A DNA stretch of 64,000 nt from positions 672,001 through 736,000 of the forward strand of contig CAXXKT010000001.1 of assembly GCA_963662405.2 (NCBI GenBank), read 5' to 3'. Shown in pieces: positions 48,731 through 64,000 of the stretch (positions are counted from its first letter, which is position 1; every line of letters begins with the position of its first letter). The position numbers were made by a program, and so were the translations under genes. The notes beneath the pieces are model-generated. The model saw only the letters and a program-made list of their open reading frames with translations. It was not told where the DNA came from and searched no databases. The stretch comes from Syntrophales bacterium (GTDB taxonomy: Bacteria; Desulfobacterota; Syntrophia; Syntrophales; UBA2210).

Positions 48731-51319
48731 TTAGAAGAAGCAGATGACCCGTTGAGAAATAATATCCGCCGCCAGCCGTATCTCCCGTTCACCAAAATCA
48801 CTGACCGTGACGATGTCCCGATACGCCTCGGTATCCGGAACCATTGCCGTGAGGAGATTCGGACGGATCTCCAATGCCTCCCGGTTGAAGGTGACCTCTT
48901 CTTCGTCGGGGAAGAGAGCGAGGTAGAAGATGCTCATCTCCACGAGGTCCTGGAAGAAGTGTGAGCCGAAGGACAACTCAGGCATCAGGTTGCCGTGGAC
49001 ATATGCCACCTCTCCTAAAGCCGTCACGCGGTTGATTTCCGAGAAACTGACCGGGATTCCCAGTGACGGCGTGGTCGACCCCCACCTCCCCGGCCCAAGC
49101 AGCATAACGGGGATTTCTTTTCGGTCGGGTATCTGTCGGTTCAGCCTCCCGATCAAACGCGCGATGTCGTACTTTTTCTGGAGGGGAAGTTCACTGTATC
49201 CCTTCGGGTCTATGGAGATTATCCTCCTGATCGACTGGGAGATATTCCCGCCGAAAAAATTGCGCTTCGAGGCGAAGAGGAGCCTCTCCTTCTCGATATT
49301 CCGGGGGATCTCGACGACCTTCCCCTCACCGATCGTCTGAAGGGGGCGACACTGGAGAAGGTTGATCTCAAAGGAATCATCTTTCGTGAAATTGACGGTA
49401 AATTCGATGTCCACCGGGTAATTGTAGACCACCTCCAGCTTCTTGAGCATCAACCGCATTACCTCGGCAAAAGAGGTCTGAGAAAGGAGGTCATCGAAGG
49501 TGATCAGCCACGCCTCTTGCCCGGCGATTCCCCGTTCCTTCATCTCTCGGGTCATCTCGTGGTCTCTGACGGCAATACGATCGAGCCTGAGGTCCAGCTC
49601 TTCACCCGTCAGTTTACGCAACTCGACGGTCTCCAAGGTGTTCGATTCGATATCAAGGACGTCCACGTCGCGCTGGGAGAATTTTCGGGAATTCTCCATC
49701 CCCGCGTACGGTTTCAGGAGGGGGAGGTCCAGGGCCGCGATCCGCGGATAATCCCCCTCGACACGGTTGACCGCCCGCGTCCCCAGGCCGAAGACCAGTC
49801 GGAGGAGACCAGCCTTGGGATCCATTTCCTTTTTCCAGACGAAGGTGTTGTAAGAAAGGCCCACCCCGGCGATATCGGGAAAGAAATAATGCCCGTAGCG
49901 GTTCCCGGAAACGCGCTGGACCAGGAGGGCCATCTGTTCATTGGCGTGCTGCAGACCCTTTTCGATGCGATAGGTAAGAGCGTTTTCATTCAGCGTACTG
50001 GCATATACCCGTTTGACGGCCTCTTCGAACTGGACGAGTCGCTCTTCGGGTGTCCCCTGATTCACGCAGAAGAAACTCTCGTACTTCCCGGCAAAGGCGT
50101 TCCCGAAGGCATCTTCAAGGAGACTGCTGGAGCGAACGATGAAGGAAGACTGACCGAAATATTCGACGATCTGGAGGAACTGTTCCCGGATCTCGTCCGG
50201 TATAGTGCCCTGCCGTATCCGAGCACCGAGCTCCCGTGCCGCCTCGAAATATGTCTCCCCCGCCTGCTGCTGTTCCATGAGGGGCTTCCACCAACCATTC
50301 TGGACCAGGTAGGTGTAGAAGACGTCCGATCCGATGTAAAAGGAATCGTGTGGCTCCAGCCGTTCCTCCCAGTTGAAGGACTGGTCACGGAGGAGAATCT
50401 TCCGGGCGAGGAGCATGCCGGTGGTCTTCCCGCCGACGAACCCCGTTCCGATGAGACGGTTCTTGATGCTCAACATATCCTCGAGAGAGAAATTGTCCTT
50501 CACGAGGATCGACATCCGGGGATCGCGGGTGATCATGATGCTGCACAGCTTATCCACCATCTTCTGCCGCGTCTCCGTCTCCCACGGCTTATCCAGGAGT
50601 TCTTCGGCCTGGAGAAAGAGAAGATCCCAGTAGTCGAGGTTCCGCTTGGCCCGTTCCTTCGCGTTCCGGGACATGATGTGAGAGATCTCCGCGGCCTCCG
50701 TGCTGTCGGTGACGGGGATAAAACGGTTCCCGTCGCGGATGTGCGGCATGAACATGGTGGATGAATACCGTTTCCACACCTTTAACGGATGAATGTACAG
50801 GGTCCCCGCATCGTTATACAGGTCCAGGAAGAGTTGCGTCGTTTCACGGATCCGGGCGGTTGTCTGGAAGGAATGCCGGTCACGAAGGATCGCGAAGTAG
50901 GCGATGGTGTCCAGTTCGAAGAGATAGGGGCACGAACTCATGAAAAAATTCGCGATCATCAGGTCGCTGGCCCAGACCGCCAGAAGGTCGGAGAGACAAT
51001 CGAAGACGTAGAAGGCCCCTTTCCCTTCACGGGTGATGATGTTGTACACCTCGGTGAAGAATGATTCAAACCCGCTGGCGGTATCCAGGTTCCTGACCAG
51101 GATATCGGGGTGTTCCTCAAGGATCGGTGCCCGATCGGAGAAACGCATATAGACGACTTTTCGTTTGTCCTCGAGGGCCTGCTTGACAAAGAGCCGGGCA
51201 CAAGACTCATAGTCCTTGATGTCGTCGACGCGCCAGACGACGTTGTCCCCGAGGCGCAGATAATCGATGATCTCATCGATGCCCTCAAACCCTGTGCTGA
51301 CCCGTTCCAATTGTTCCAT
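48731..51319 (-). CDS. PEP/pyruvate-binding (PPDK_N) domain protein lacking the phosphohistidine domain
   Basis: VGGKTTG, VRSSSLLED..FAGKYES, GLGTRAV, DIEF, LLQCRP, PGRWGS, SFGSHFFQD. Confidence 0.85.
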   Translation of the reverse strand: MEQLERVSTGFEGIDEIIDYLRLGDNVVWRVDDIKDYESCARLFVKQALEDKRKVVYMRFSDRAPILEEHPDILVRNLDTASGFESFFTEVYNIITREGKGAFYVFDCLSDLLAVWASDLMIANFFMSSCPYLFELDTIAYFAILRDRHSFQTTARIRETTQLFLDLYNDAGTLYIHPLKVWKRYSSTMFMPHIRDGNRFIPVTDSTEAAEISHIMSRNAKERAKRNLDYWDLLFLQAEELLDKPWETETRQKMVDKLCSIMITRDPRMSILVKDNFSLEDMLSIKNRLIGTGFVGGKTTGMLLARKILLRDQSFNWEERLEPHDSFYIGSDVFYTYLVQNGWWKPLMEQQQAGETYFEAARELGARIRQGTIPDEIREQFLQIVEYFGQSSFIVRSSSLLEDAFGNAFAGKYESFFCVNQGTPEERLVQFEEAVKRVYASTLNENALTYRIEKGLQHANEQMALLVQRVSGNRYGHYFFPDIAGVGLSYNTFVWKKEMDPKAGLLRLVFGLGTRAVNRVEGDYPRIAALDLPLLKPYAGMENSRKFSQRDVDVLDIESNTLETVELRKLTGEELDLRLDRIAVRDHEMTREMKERGIAGQEAWLITFDDLLSQTSFAEVMRLMLKKLEVVYNYPVDIEFTVNFTKDDSFEINLLQCRPLQTIGEGKVVEIPRNIEKERLLFASKRNFFGGNISQSIRRIISIDPKGYSELPLQKKYDIARLIGRLNRQIPDRKEIPVMLLGPGRWGSTTPSLGIPVSFSEINRVTALGEVAYVHGNLMPELSFGSHFFQDLVEMSIFYLALFPDEEEVTFNREALEIRPNLLTAMVPDTEAYRDIVTVSDFGEREIRLAADIISQRVICFF

Positions 51320-51386
51320 GTTCCAAGCCTTCCTTAACGGTTCCTTCCTGAGCTGTTATACGATCCCCCTCTGCAACCGAGGGGAT

Positions 51387-54599
<3,213 letters not shown>

Positions 54600-54610
54600 A
54601 CCGTTTCAGA

Positions 54611-56155
54611 TTACTCCCATTCAATGGTGCTGGGCGGTTTTGAACTGATGTCGTAGACGACGCGGTTCACCCCCGCAACTTCGTTGATTATCCGCGAGGA
54701 TATGCGGCCCAGGACATCATACGGGATCCGTGCCCAGTCCGCCGTCATTGCGTCCTGGCTGGTAACGGCCCTCAGGGCCACCACATTGGCGTAGGTTCGT
54801 TCGTCCCCCATTACCCCGACGCTCTTGACGGGGAGGAGGACGGCGAAGAATTGCCATATCTCGTGGTCCGTATCGTAGCGCTCGATCTCCTCCCGGACGA
54901 TTAGGTCCGCATTGCGGAGGATGGCGAGGTCATCCGCAGTTATCTCGCCGATAAGACGGACTCCCAGACCCGGCCCCGGGAAAGGCTGGCGGAGGAGGAG
55001 ACGCTCGGGCAGCCCCAATTCTCTTCCAAGGAGACGGACCTCGTCCTTGAACAGTTCCTTGAGCGGCTCGATCAACTCGAAGTTCAGGTCTTCCGGAAGT
55101 CCCCCGACGTTGTGGTGGCTCTTGATGGTCGATGAAGGCCCCCCCGAGGGGGGATCTACTCTCGATGATATCGGGGTAAAGTGTCCCCTGCGCGGAGAAA
55201 CCTTGCCCCCTGCACCTCCACCGCCGCATCGGCGAAGACATCAATGAAGGTCTTCCCGATGATCTTCCGTTTGGTCTCGGGGTCGGTCACCCCCTTCAGT
55301 GCGGCAAGAAACCGGTCCGCGGCATCGACGATTCGGAAATCGAGGGGATATTCTTTCGTGAACAAGGCATGGATTTCCTCGACCTCTCCTTCCCGGAGGA
55401 GACCGTTATCGACGAAGATGGCCTTCATCCGGTCCCCGATGGCTCGGTGTAAGAGCGCCGCCGCAACCGATGAGTCGACACCGCCTGAAAGACCACAGAT
55501 CACCGTTTGATCGCCGACCATACCCCCTGATCCTGGTGACCGATTCTTCGATGAAGCGCCCCATCGTCCATCCCCCCGTGCAGGAGGCGACACCAAACAG
55601 GAAATTCCCGAGGATATCGAGCCCCTGCGGGGTATGCACGACCTCGGGGTGAAATTGGATACCGTATATCTTCCGGTCGATGTCGGCCATAGCCGCGATG
55701 GGGCAACCCGCGGTCCCCCGCCAGGACCTCGAATCCTTCGGGAGGAATGGTCACCTGATCTCCGTGGCTCATCCAGACATCAAGAGCGGTGGGCAGATCG
55801 GCGAAGATACCGACAGGATGCGGGATCTCTATCCGGGCAGGTCCATACTCCCCGCTCTTTCCCTTCTCCACGGTCCCCCTCCATGATCCGTGCCATGAGT
55901 TGCATCCCGTAGCAGATCCCCAGGACGGGGATCCCCATCCTCAGGATACGCCGGTCCATCCGGGGGTGACCGGACTCAAAGACCGAGGAGGGTCCGCCGG
56001 AGAGGACAATCGCCGCGGGGTTCATTTGCAACAGGTCATCCTCAGGAGGTGTCGTGTCGGACGATTTCGCAGTACACGCCGAGCTCGCGGATCCGCCTGG
56101 CGATCAGCTGTGCGTACTGCGAACCGAAATCAAATACTGCTACCATTTCTTCCAT
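54611..56155 (-). CDS. guaA: GMP synthase (glutamine-hydrolysing), multiple frameshifts
   Basis: [60 protein letters not shown], across frames. Confidence 0.92.
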
Positions 56156-56156
56156 A

Positions 56157-57252
56157 TCATATATCCCCTGTTTCGTGGTGTATCGCCTGTACGAACCGGT
56201 TGAAGAGGTACCGCGCGTCGTGCGGTCCCGGCCCCGCCTCCGGGTGGAACTGCACGGAGAAGAGCGGGAGGGTCCGGTGTCGAATCCCCTCCAGGGAATG
56301 GTCGTTCAGGTTGATGTGCGTAATCTGGATGACACCGGTATCGAGCGAGTTGATATCTACACAAAAGCCGTGATTCTGGACCGTGATATCGATCCGTCCC
56401 GTGGTCAGGTCCTTGACCGGGTGATTCGATCCGTGATGCCCGAACTTCATCTTGAATGTCTTGCCTCCGAGTGCCAAACAAAGAACCTGCTGTCCCAGGC
56501 ATATCCCGAAGAGGGGGATCGTACCGAGCGTCAGGATCTCACGGGCGGTGTCGATCCCGTATGTCACGGCGGCGGGATCGCCGGGTCCGTTCGACAGCAG
56601 GACACCGGCCGGTTCATATGCCAGGATCTGATCAACGGCGGTATGGGCCGGAACGACAATCACCCTACACCCCGCTGCTTGAAGCTGCCGCAACGTGCTG
56701 TACTTGACACCGAAGTCCAGGACTACGATCGTCGGCCCTCCCTGGTCCGCAAAGGTGAAGGGCTCCGGGCAGGTCACGTGCTGAACCAGATCACTCCCTG
56801 CCAGACCGGAGGACTGTTGCGCCTTCTCGACGAGCGACCCCGGATCGAGGTCGGTGGTGGAGATGACCGCCTTCAAAGCGCCGACCTCCCGTATATGTTT
56901 TGTCAGGGCGCGCGTGTCCACTCCGTGGATCCCGATGACCTCGTGCTCCCTGAGGTAGGTTTCGAGGTCCTTTTCCGATCGCCAGTTGCTGGAAATCTTA
57001 CTCAGCTCCTTGACGACAAATCCCTCGAGCCACAGGTCCCGTGATTCCGCGTCCGCCTCGTTGACACCGTAGTTCCCGATCAGGGGATAGGTCATCGCGA
57101 CGATCTGCCCTTTATAGGAGGGGATCGGACAGGACCTCCTGATACCCCGTCATCCCGGTGTTGAACACCACCTCCCCGGCGCACTCTCCCGCAGCTCCGA
57201 AGGATATCCCTTCAAAGATACGACCGTCTTCCAATGCAAGTAATGCCTTCAT
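56157..57252 (-). CDS. carA: Carbamoyl-phosphate synthase small subunit (one frameshift ~57121)
   Basis: [47 protein letters not shown]; extra C in a C-run. Confidence 0.95.
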
Positions 57253-57254
57253 CC

Positions 57255-59137
57255 CTATCCGCCAAACCTCGAGCACATATCCGTTACAGAGAAAATTTCA
57301 TCACCTTTTTTGCCGTCCACCCACCCGACCCCCACCGCTTCGAGAAGGCCCGCATCCACCAGTTGCCGGTCCGATACCGGGGAGGGGGCCTCCGTCAGCG
57401 GGCAGGAAGCGCTCCTGTTCTTCGGAAAGGCGATCACATCGCGGATCGATGACGTTCCCAGTATCATGGAAACGACCCGGTCCATCCCGAGGGCAAGTCC
57501 GCCGTGGGGGGGTGCCCCGTACCGCAGGCTCCGCAAGAAAAATCCGAACTTGTCCTTAATCTCCTCTTCGGCAAGCCCCAGGGCCTGAAAGATCCGGCGC
57601 TGCACCTCTATGGTATTGATACGGATAGACCCTCCGCCGATCTCTTCGCCATTGATCACGATATCGTACGAGCGGGATTTGAGAGAGACAAGTGCCTCCC
57701 GGTCATGGGGATCAAAGTTCGTCCGATCAGGCGCCGTGAAAGGGTGATGCGTCGAGGTGACGGTCTTTCCGTGTATCTCGAAGAGGGGGAAATCAGTTAT
57801 CCATATGGGGACAATACACATTATGGGATATCAGGTCAAGCCGCTCGGCCAGATGGAGACGGAGCAGCCCCAGCACCCGGTTGACCCGTACCGACGAGGC
57901 ATCGGCAATCATGACCAGGACGTCTCCGTCCTCGGCCTCGAGACGCTTGACGATCGCGTTTTGTTCCTCCTCGCTGAAGAACTGGACGATATTCGACTCC
58001 AGACCGTTGCCGGTCATCCGCATCCAGGTCATCCCCTTGGCACCAAGAGAGGGGACGATCTTCTTGGCGTATTCGTTCTGGAGGACGTTCTTGCTCAACT
58101 TTGCGGACTGTCCCTTGATGTTGATTGCCTTGATGATACCGCCGCGCTTGATGACCTGCCGCAGTATCCCGTACGAGGTGTCATGCAGGATATCGGTCAT
58201 CTCGACGAGGCGGAGGCCGAAGCGGAGATCCGGACTGTCAGATCCGGTGGTATCGATCGCCTCCTGCCAGGTCATTCGGGGGAACGGAGCGGGCAGGGCG
58301 ATTCCCCCCACGGCGAACATCCTGATGATCAGTTTCTTCCGTCACCCGGTAGATGAACTCCTCATCGATGAATGATGCCTCCAGGTCCAGCTGCGTAAAT
58401 TCCGGTTGCCGGTTCGGCCGCAGGTCCTCATCCCTGAAGCAGCGGGCCAACTGGTAGTACCGTTCGAGGCCACCGACCATGAGGAGCTGTTTAAAGAGCT
58501 GCGGGGACTGGGGGAGGGCATAAAACTTCTTCGGATGCACCCGGCTGGGGACGAGATAGTCACGCGCCCCTTCGGGGGTGCTCTTGGTCAACATGGGCGT
58601 CTCCACCTCTATGAAGGCCTGCTGGTCCAGGTAGTCGCGCACGCATTTGTTGATCTTGTGCCGTTTAATCAGGTTTTCCTGTATGGTGGGGCGGCGTAGG
58701 TCGAGATAACGGTATCTGAGGCGCAGGTCCTCTCCGACTGTCTCCATTCCTCCGACCGCGGCACCGGCAATCATCGCCTTCTCCGAAATGGAAAAGGGGA
58801 GTGACCTCGATTTGTTCAAAACCAGGAGACGCTCGGCGATGACCTCGATCGTTCCCGTCTCGATATGAGGATTTTCCGTATCCTTCTCGCGTCTGACAAT
58901 ACGCCCGGTGACGCAGATACAAAACTCGTTTTTCAGCGAATCGGCCCGCGCGCGGTCCTCTTCCGGCATGTGTTGCGGACTGAAGACGACCTGTATGATC
59001 CCGCTCCGATCGCGCATATGGATGAAAACCACATCTCCGTGGTCCCGCAGGGCGTCCACCCATCCCGCCAGCTGTACCGTGTGGCCCACGTCGGCGTGGG
59101 TCAGTGTTCCGCACCCTGATCGTTCTGTGAATGTCAT
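57255..59137 (-). CDS. aspS: Aspartate-tRNA ligase, probably non-discriminating (frameshifts ~58340 and ~57810)
   Basis: [46 protein letters not shown]. Confidence 0.93.
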
Positions 59138-59260
59138 AACCTCTTTCCTGCCCTCTTAAAACTTGCTCACACGCGGCTGTCGTCTGAGCAGTATATCTCC
59201 CTCACCGGGACGCCCCTCCACCGTCCCGGGGTGCTCCGTGGATTCGGGAGACCGTCTCTC

Positions 59261-60734
59261 TTATCGTGTGATCGAAAATTGCTCCTTGTTGAAACCTTCC
59301 GGGACCGCCGTCGGATATTCGCCGGTGAAGCAGGCGGTGCACTGAATCGTCCCCGTCAGGGACGGCTTCCAGCATCTCCCGGACAGAGAGATAGGCGAGA
59401 GAATCGGCCTCCATGTAACGACATATCTCTTCTACGGAGTGAGCAGATGCGATCAGCTCCTCGTTGGTCGGTATGTCGATTCCGTAGAAACAGGGACATC
59501 GTACCGGAGGTGACGCGACCCTGACGTGGACCTCCGTCGCCCCTCCTTCCCGTATCAGGCGAACCAACTGCCGCATCGTCGTCCCGCGGACGATCGAATC
59601 ATCCACGACCACCACGCGCTTCCCTTCCAGGACACCGTTGACGGGATTGAATTTGATCCGTACGTCGCGATCCCGTTTGTCCTGATAGGGGTCGATAAAG
59701 GTCCTGCCGATATAGTGGTTTCGGATCAGGCCGATCTCAAAACGAAGCCCCGATCGCTGGGCGTACCCGAGTGCCGCCGTGTTGGCCGAGTCGGGGATGC
59801 TCATCACGATGTCTGCGGTACAGGGAGACTCTTCCGCCAGTTTCTTTCCCAACCGCCTCCTGAACTTGTCGACCTTTTCACCGAATATGATACTGTCCGG
59901 CCGGGGAAAAGTAGATGTACTCAAAGATGCAGAAGGACTTCCGGGGAACTTCCGGGAGCCTGCGGGATGTCATACCCCGTGCATCGACACTGATAACCTC
60001 TCCCGGTTCAACGCTCCGAACATACCGTGCGCCGATGATATCGAGGGCGCACGATTCGGAGGCGACAATGGTGGCCTCCCCCAGGGTGCCGATACACAGG
60101 GGCCGAAACCCTTGAGGATCCCGCGCCGCGATCATTTCCGTGGGAGTGAGGAAGAGAAAGCAGTAGGCCCCTTCGAGCTGTCGCAGGGCATCGATAATCA
60201 TGTCATCAATCGTTTTCTCCTGAGATCGCGCGATGAGGTGAAGGGCGACCTCGCTGTCCGACGTGGTCTGAAAAATCGATCCCGCGCCCTCCATTCGCTT
60301 CCTCAGGTTCAGGGCATTGATCAGGTTCCCGTTATGAGCCGCGGCGATTCTGGCCACCCTTGAACTGTATCCGTATGGGTTGTGCGTTGATCAGACCGGA
60401 CCCCCCGGTGGTGGAGTAGCGGTTGTGACCGATAGCGACCGCTCCCGGCAGACCGGCCATGATATCGGGGTGTGAAAAAGACCGTTCGCACCAGACCCGT
60501 TCCCTTGTGGAGGGAGATCATCCGGCCGTCGGATGCGGCGATTCCCGCGCTTTCCTGCCCCCGGTGCTGGAGCGCGTACAGCCCCAGATATGTCTTCTCG
60601 GCGGCCCGCGGATCTCCGAATATGCCGAAGATGCCGCACGCATCCCTGAGGCGATCCGCTTCCGGTGATACGGACGACACGGTTTCGCTCGCCTTTTCGG
60701 CCGGTGCCTTCCTATCTGGACATGCTTCCTTCAT
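59261..60734 (-). CDS. purF: Amidophosphoribosyltransferase (several frameshifts; start uncertain)
   Basis: [57 protein letters not shown]. Confidence 0.92.
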
Positions 60735-61548
60735 ATACAAAGACGACCTTCCCCTTGAGCCATACATCCTCAAGGGAATCTCCCTTCTCTTTAAAATCGA
60801 CGATGAGCGTTCCCCCGGGCATCTCGACATGGATCGGCGGGGCTCCCGCTCCCTGAAACCGGCTGCTGATGATCGCCGACGCCACCGCCCCTGTTCCGCA
60901 TGCCAGGGTTTCCGCCTCGACACCCCGCTCGTAGGTACGAACCCGGATCCTCCCGTGCGCGAGGACCTCCACGAAATCGACATTGGTCCCTTGAGGCGAA
61001 AATACCGGATGAAATCTGACTTCATGACCCACCCGTGCCACTTCATCGGCCGGGATGGCGTCAACCGCGTCCCTGAAGATAATGGTATGCGGGACCCCCG
61101 AATTGATGAAGTAAAAGGGAATATTCCCGCTGTCTATCTCCAACCATCCTTCGTCCTTTAACGAGGACGGGTCCGTCAGCTGGATGGCGATCATATCCCC
61201 CTGCACCGAGGCCCCAACCGGCCCGGCCAGCGTCTCCATTATCATCTCCGGCGGTGCGATCCCTTCCCGCACGGCGAAGGCGGCGGCACACCGAGCGCCG
61301 TTGCCGCACATCTCCGCCTCGCTTCCGTCAGCATTGAATATCCGCATCCGTATATCGGCAACCGTACCGGGTTCGATAATCAGGAGACCATCGGCCCCGA
61401 TGGAGGTACGGCGTGCGCACCACGCGCGGGCCAGATCGCTCCAGTTTGTGCCGTCCGGGTCTTTCCGCCCATCCATGATGATAAAATCATTTCCATGGCC
61501 CGACATCTTTGTAAAGACCACGGATCGCTCACCTCCTTCAGTCACCAC
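60712..61548 (-). CDS. dapF: Diaminopimelate epimerase
   Basis: [43 protein letters not shown]. Confidence 0.95.
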   Translation of the reverse strand: MVTEGGERSVVFTKMSGHGNDFIIMDGRKDPDGTNWSDLARAWCARRTSIGADGLLIIEPGTVADIRMRIFNADGSEAEMCGNGARCAAAFAVREGIAPPEMIMETLAGPVGASVQGDMIAIQLTDPSSLKDEGWLEIDSGNIPFYFINSGVPHTIIFRDAVDAIPADEVARVGHEVRFHPVFSPQGTNVDFVEVLAHGRIRVRTYERGVEAETLACGTGAVASAIISSRFQGAGAPPIHVEMPGGTLIVDFKEKGDSLEDVWLKGKVVFVYEGSMSR

Positions 61549-61598
61549 CTCCACCTCCCGTCGCGATTGATAAGGGCGTACCGTAAACACCCTCCGCA

Positions 61599-61614
61599 AG
61601 CAATATTGATACCA
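61599..61614 (-). promoter_or_regulatory. Sigma-54 (-24/-12) promoter upstream of dapF
   Basis: Minus strand TGGTATCAATATTGCT is GG-N10-GC, ~50 bp before the start. Confidence 0.65.
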
Positions 61615-61884
61615 AGAGCATCCTCTGTCGTATTCTCTTGATTTGTATGTTTATTTTACTTCTCTTCTTCTGATGATGCAATTGCAATCCCGCTGTACAC
61701 TACATTATTGTAAGATTACACAACGTAATCCACCATTATGTACCGACAGGGGACCCGATCTGTACCCAGTGGTAATGGGGGGGAAAGAGAACCTCCCTGT
61801 CGCTCCCTCGGAAAGACCTACCGGGGAACCGCCCCTCCGGCGGCACTCGTCCGGCGCGGAGATGTCAAGAGCGTCGTGGCAAGG

Positions 61885-62709
61885 CTATAAGGCCTTCTTG
61901 ATAAAATTAACGGCATTGCGGAAAATCACAAGTCCTGCCCCGTCTTCGGGCAAGGCCTCACGTGACCAACGCGGATGGTTTGTGTAGTGGGTATAGGCTT
62001 CAGGATGGGGCATGAGACCGAATATCCGACCCGATTCATCACATATTCCCGCAATGGCATCGATGGAACCGTTTGGATTGTCGGGATAGGTCATAGCGGC
62101 CTTTTCATATCGTTCATCGCTGTACTGGAGGACAATCTGGTTGTTCGCGTGGAGCCGTTTGAGTACGGTGGTATCGTCCGTGACGATCTTTCCCTCACCA
62201 TGCCTGATGGGGAGATATACACCTTCTATTTCTTTTGTAAAAACGCAGGGAGTTTTTTTGTTGACCTTCAGAGAAACCCAGCGATCCTCAAAGCGCCCGG
62301 AATCGTTGAATGTCAGGGTCACTTTCTGGGTGGCGTAGTCCCCGTCGAATGCCGGGAGAAGCCCCAACTTGACCATGAGTTGAAAGCCGTTGCATACCCC
62401 CAGGATCAGCTTGCCGTCGCGAACAAATTTGACCAGCTGGTCATATAACCTCTCTCGGTTCCGGCCCACGGTTGCATGAATAATCCTGTTCGCCCCCGCT
62501 TTCGCACCTCCCAGATCGTCTCCATCCAGGAATCCGCCGGGGAGATTGAGAAAGTGATAGTCATCCAGGCGTTTCTCCCCGCAGAGGAGCTCGCTGATGT
62601 GGACGATATCGACAACGGCGGCTCCCGCCAGCCGGCAGGCGTGCGCCATTTCCATCTCGCAATTCGTCCCGTTTCCCGTCAGTACAATTGTCTTTACCTT
62701 GTGTATCAT
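61885..62709 (-). CDS. purQ: Phosphoribosylformylglycinamidine synthase glutaminase subunit
   Basis: GTNCE, PGGF.DGD, GVCNGFQ, HGEG, NPNGS, MPHPE. Confidence 0.95.
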   Translation of the reverse strand: MIHKVKTIVLTGNGTNCEMEMAHACRLAGAAVVDIVHISELLCGEKRLDDYHFLNLPGGFLDGDDLGGAKAGANRIIHATVGRNRERLYDQLVKFVRDGKLILGVCNGFQLMVKLGLLPAFDGDYATQKVTLTFNDSGRFEDRWVSLKVNKKTPCVFTKEIEGVYLPIRHGEGKIVTDDTTVLKRLHANNQIVLQYSDERYEKAAMTYPDNPNGSIDAIAGICDESGRIFGLMPHPEAYTHYTNHPRWSREALPEDGAGLVIFRNAVNFIKKAL

Positions 62710-62722
62710 CTGTCCGTATTTT

Positions 62723-64000
62723 CTAAAAGTCCAGTGTTTTTTGCCACTCAGTTTTCAGGGAGTCAGTATCTTCCTCGATAACGGTCGTCCCATGAATTCC
62801 GGCAACCATGAAGGCCTTCCCGGGAATCACCTTTCCGATACAGGCACAGTCATGTCCCATCATGATCGTTTCGAATGCCTCTCGTGCTTCCGGAGCAATG
62901 GTTACCACGAACCGGCTCTGCGATTCGGAGAAGAGGAGTTCGTCATCCCTCTCAATCCCTTCACGAGGAACAAGCGAGAGCGCGATATCCATGCCAAGCC
63001 CTCCCGCAAAGGCGACTTCGGCGAGGGCGACCCCGAGGCCACCGTCGGAACAATCATGACAGGAGGCGACGAGACCGGATGCAATCGCTCCACTGAGTGC
63101 TCGGTAAAGGCCCTTTGCCTTCTGCGTGTCGACCGTCGGGACGGCATTTCCTATGAACCCGTGCAGGGCGAACCACTCGGACCCGCCCAGCTCCGCTCGA
63201 GTCATGCCCAGCACGTACACCAAGTCACCCGGTTTCTTGGCGTCCATGGTGACCGCCTTTCTGACATCCTCGATCTTTCCCATAATGGAAAAGAGGAGGG
63301 TTGGGGGGATTGATATCTTCGTGTTCCCGATAAGGTAATCGTTTTTCATGCTGTCTTTCCCGGAGATACAGGGAACCCCGTACGCCGTGGTGTAATCGTA
63401 GAGGGCCCGGTTCGCGCGGACAAGCTGGGCCAGCTTGTACCGGCCATCGGGGGTCTTCTCCGATTCCACCGGATCACACCAGCAGAAGTTGTCGATCCCG
63501 GCGAGATGATCGAGCGATCCCCCCACCGCGACGGCGTTTCTGACAGCCTCGTCGATCGCGCAGGCAGCCATGTGATAGGTATCGATATCGCTGTAGCGGG
63601 GACAGATGCCGTGTGCCACCACCACTCCTTCGAAGGTCTCCAGGATCGGCCGGATAATCGCCGCGTCACTGGGACCGTCATTCGCGACCCCGACCAGCGG
63701 TTTGACGACACTCCCCCCTTGCACCTCATGATCGTACTGTCTGACAATCGATTCCTTACTGCAGATATTGAGGCGCGCAAGCATCTCTTTGAGGGCGCTC
63801 CCCATATCCTCCGGCTCGGGAAAGTCAGGATCCGCGTACCGGGGGAAGGTCCACCGGGCATTCAACCGCATCCGGGGAAGCCCCTCATGGAGAAAATTCA
63901 TGTCGAGATAGACCACCGCCTGTTCTCCGTAACGGACGTGGAATATCCCTGAGTCGGTGAAGGTGCCGAGCATTGTCGCCTCGACATCCATCTTCGCAGC
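62723..64000 (-). CDS. purL: Phosphoribosylformylglycinamidine synthase synthetase subunit, C-terminal part (5' end outside window)
   Basis: QYDHEVQG, DNFCW, ISGKDS, HDCSDGGL, LFSES. Confidence 0.95.
   Translation of the reverse strand, partial: AAKMDVEATMLGTFTDSGIFHVRYGEQAVVYLDMNFLHEGLPRMRLNARWTFPRYADPDFPEPEDMGSALKEMLARLNICSKESIVRQYDHEVQGGSVVKPLVGVANDGPSDAAIIRPILETFEGVVVAHGICPRYSDIDTYHMAACAIDEAVRNAVAVGGSLDHLAGIDNFCWCDPVESEKTPDGRYKLAQLVRANRALYDYTTAYGVPCISGKDSMKNDYLIGNTKISIPPTLLFSIMGKIEDVRKAVTMDAKKPGDLVYVLGMTRAELGGSEWFALHGFIGNAVPTVDTQKAKGLYRALSGAIASGLVASCHDCSDGGLGVALAEVAFAGGLGMDIALSLVPREGIERDDELLFSESQSRFVVTIAPEAREAFETIMMGHDCACIGKVIPGKAFMVAGIHGTTVIEEDTDSLKTEWQKTLDF

Noticed and set aside
54611..60734. 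Programmed frameshifting or phase variation
   Set aside because: Too many shifts, scattered through essential genes at short runs; sequencing error explains them better.

Overview
A 64-kb chromosomal window from a GC-rich anaerobe. Gene content and sigma-54 usage suggest Desulfobacterota/Syntrophales-like; this is inferred, not proven. From left to right: (1) a partial TetR regulator, a fused 1428-aa PlsA/Ger-type plasmalogen/ether-lipid reductase, and an ATC-hydrolase-like gene. (2) A lower-GC block (~5.7-19.5 kb) in which a PAS-GAF-PAS kinase and a sigma-54 response regulator are transcribed divergently from a sigma-54-driven 10-gene operon I do not recognise as a described system. The operon encodes a receiver protein, an ECF-S-like membrane domain fused to a tandem Lrp/AsnC-like module, a radical SAM/SPASM enzyme, an atypical ACP, Pta, AcpS, a signal-peptide-bearing paralogue of the Lrp-like module, an acetate kinase with Entamoeba-type (PPi-dependent) signature motifs, and a catalytically degenerate acetate kinase. 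(3) A solitary integron-type gene cassette (DUF2971) with attC but no integrase in the window. (4) Fatty-acid/acyl-CoA metabolism genes. (5) An S74-chaperone fibre protein and a 2077-aa FN3-repeat IPTL-CTERM surface protein with a period-6 super-repeat. (6) An Fe-ADH-kdnA-kdsB cluster, probably for 8-amino-Kdo. (7) A sigma-54-preceded dapF-purF-aspS-carA-guaA-carB-PPDK_N operon, followed by purQ and a partial purL. Several genes at 30.8-34.1 kb and 54.6-60.7 kb are frameshifted, many at homopolymer runs, most likely from sequencing error. All calls come from motif recognition by eye; no searches were run.
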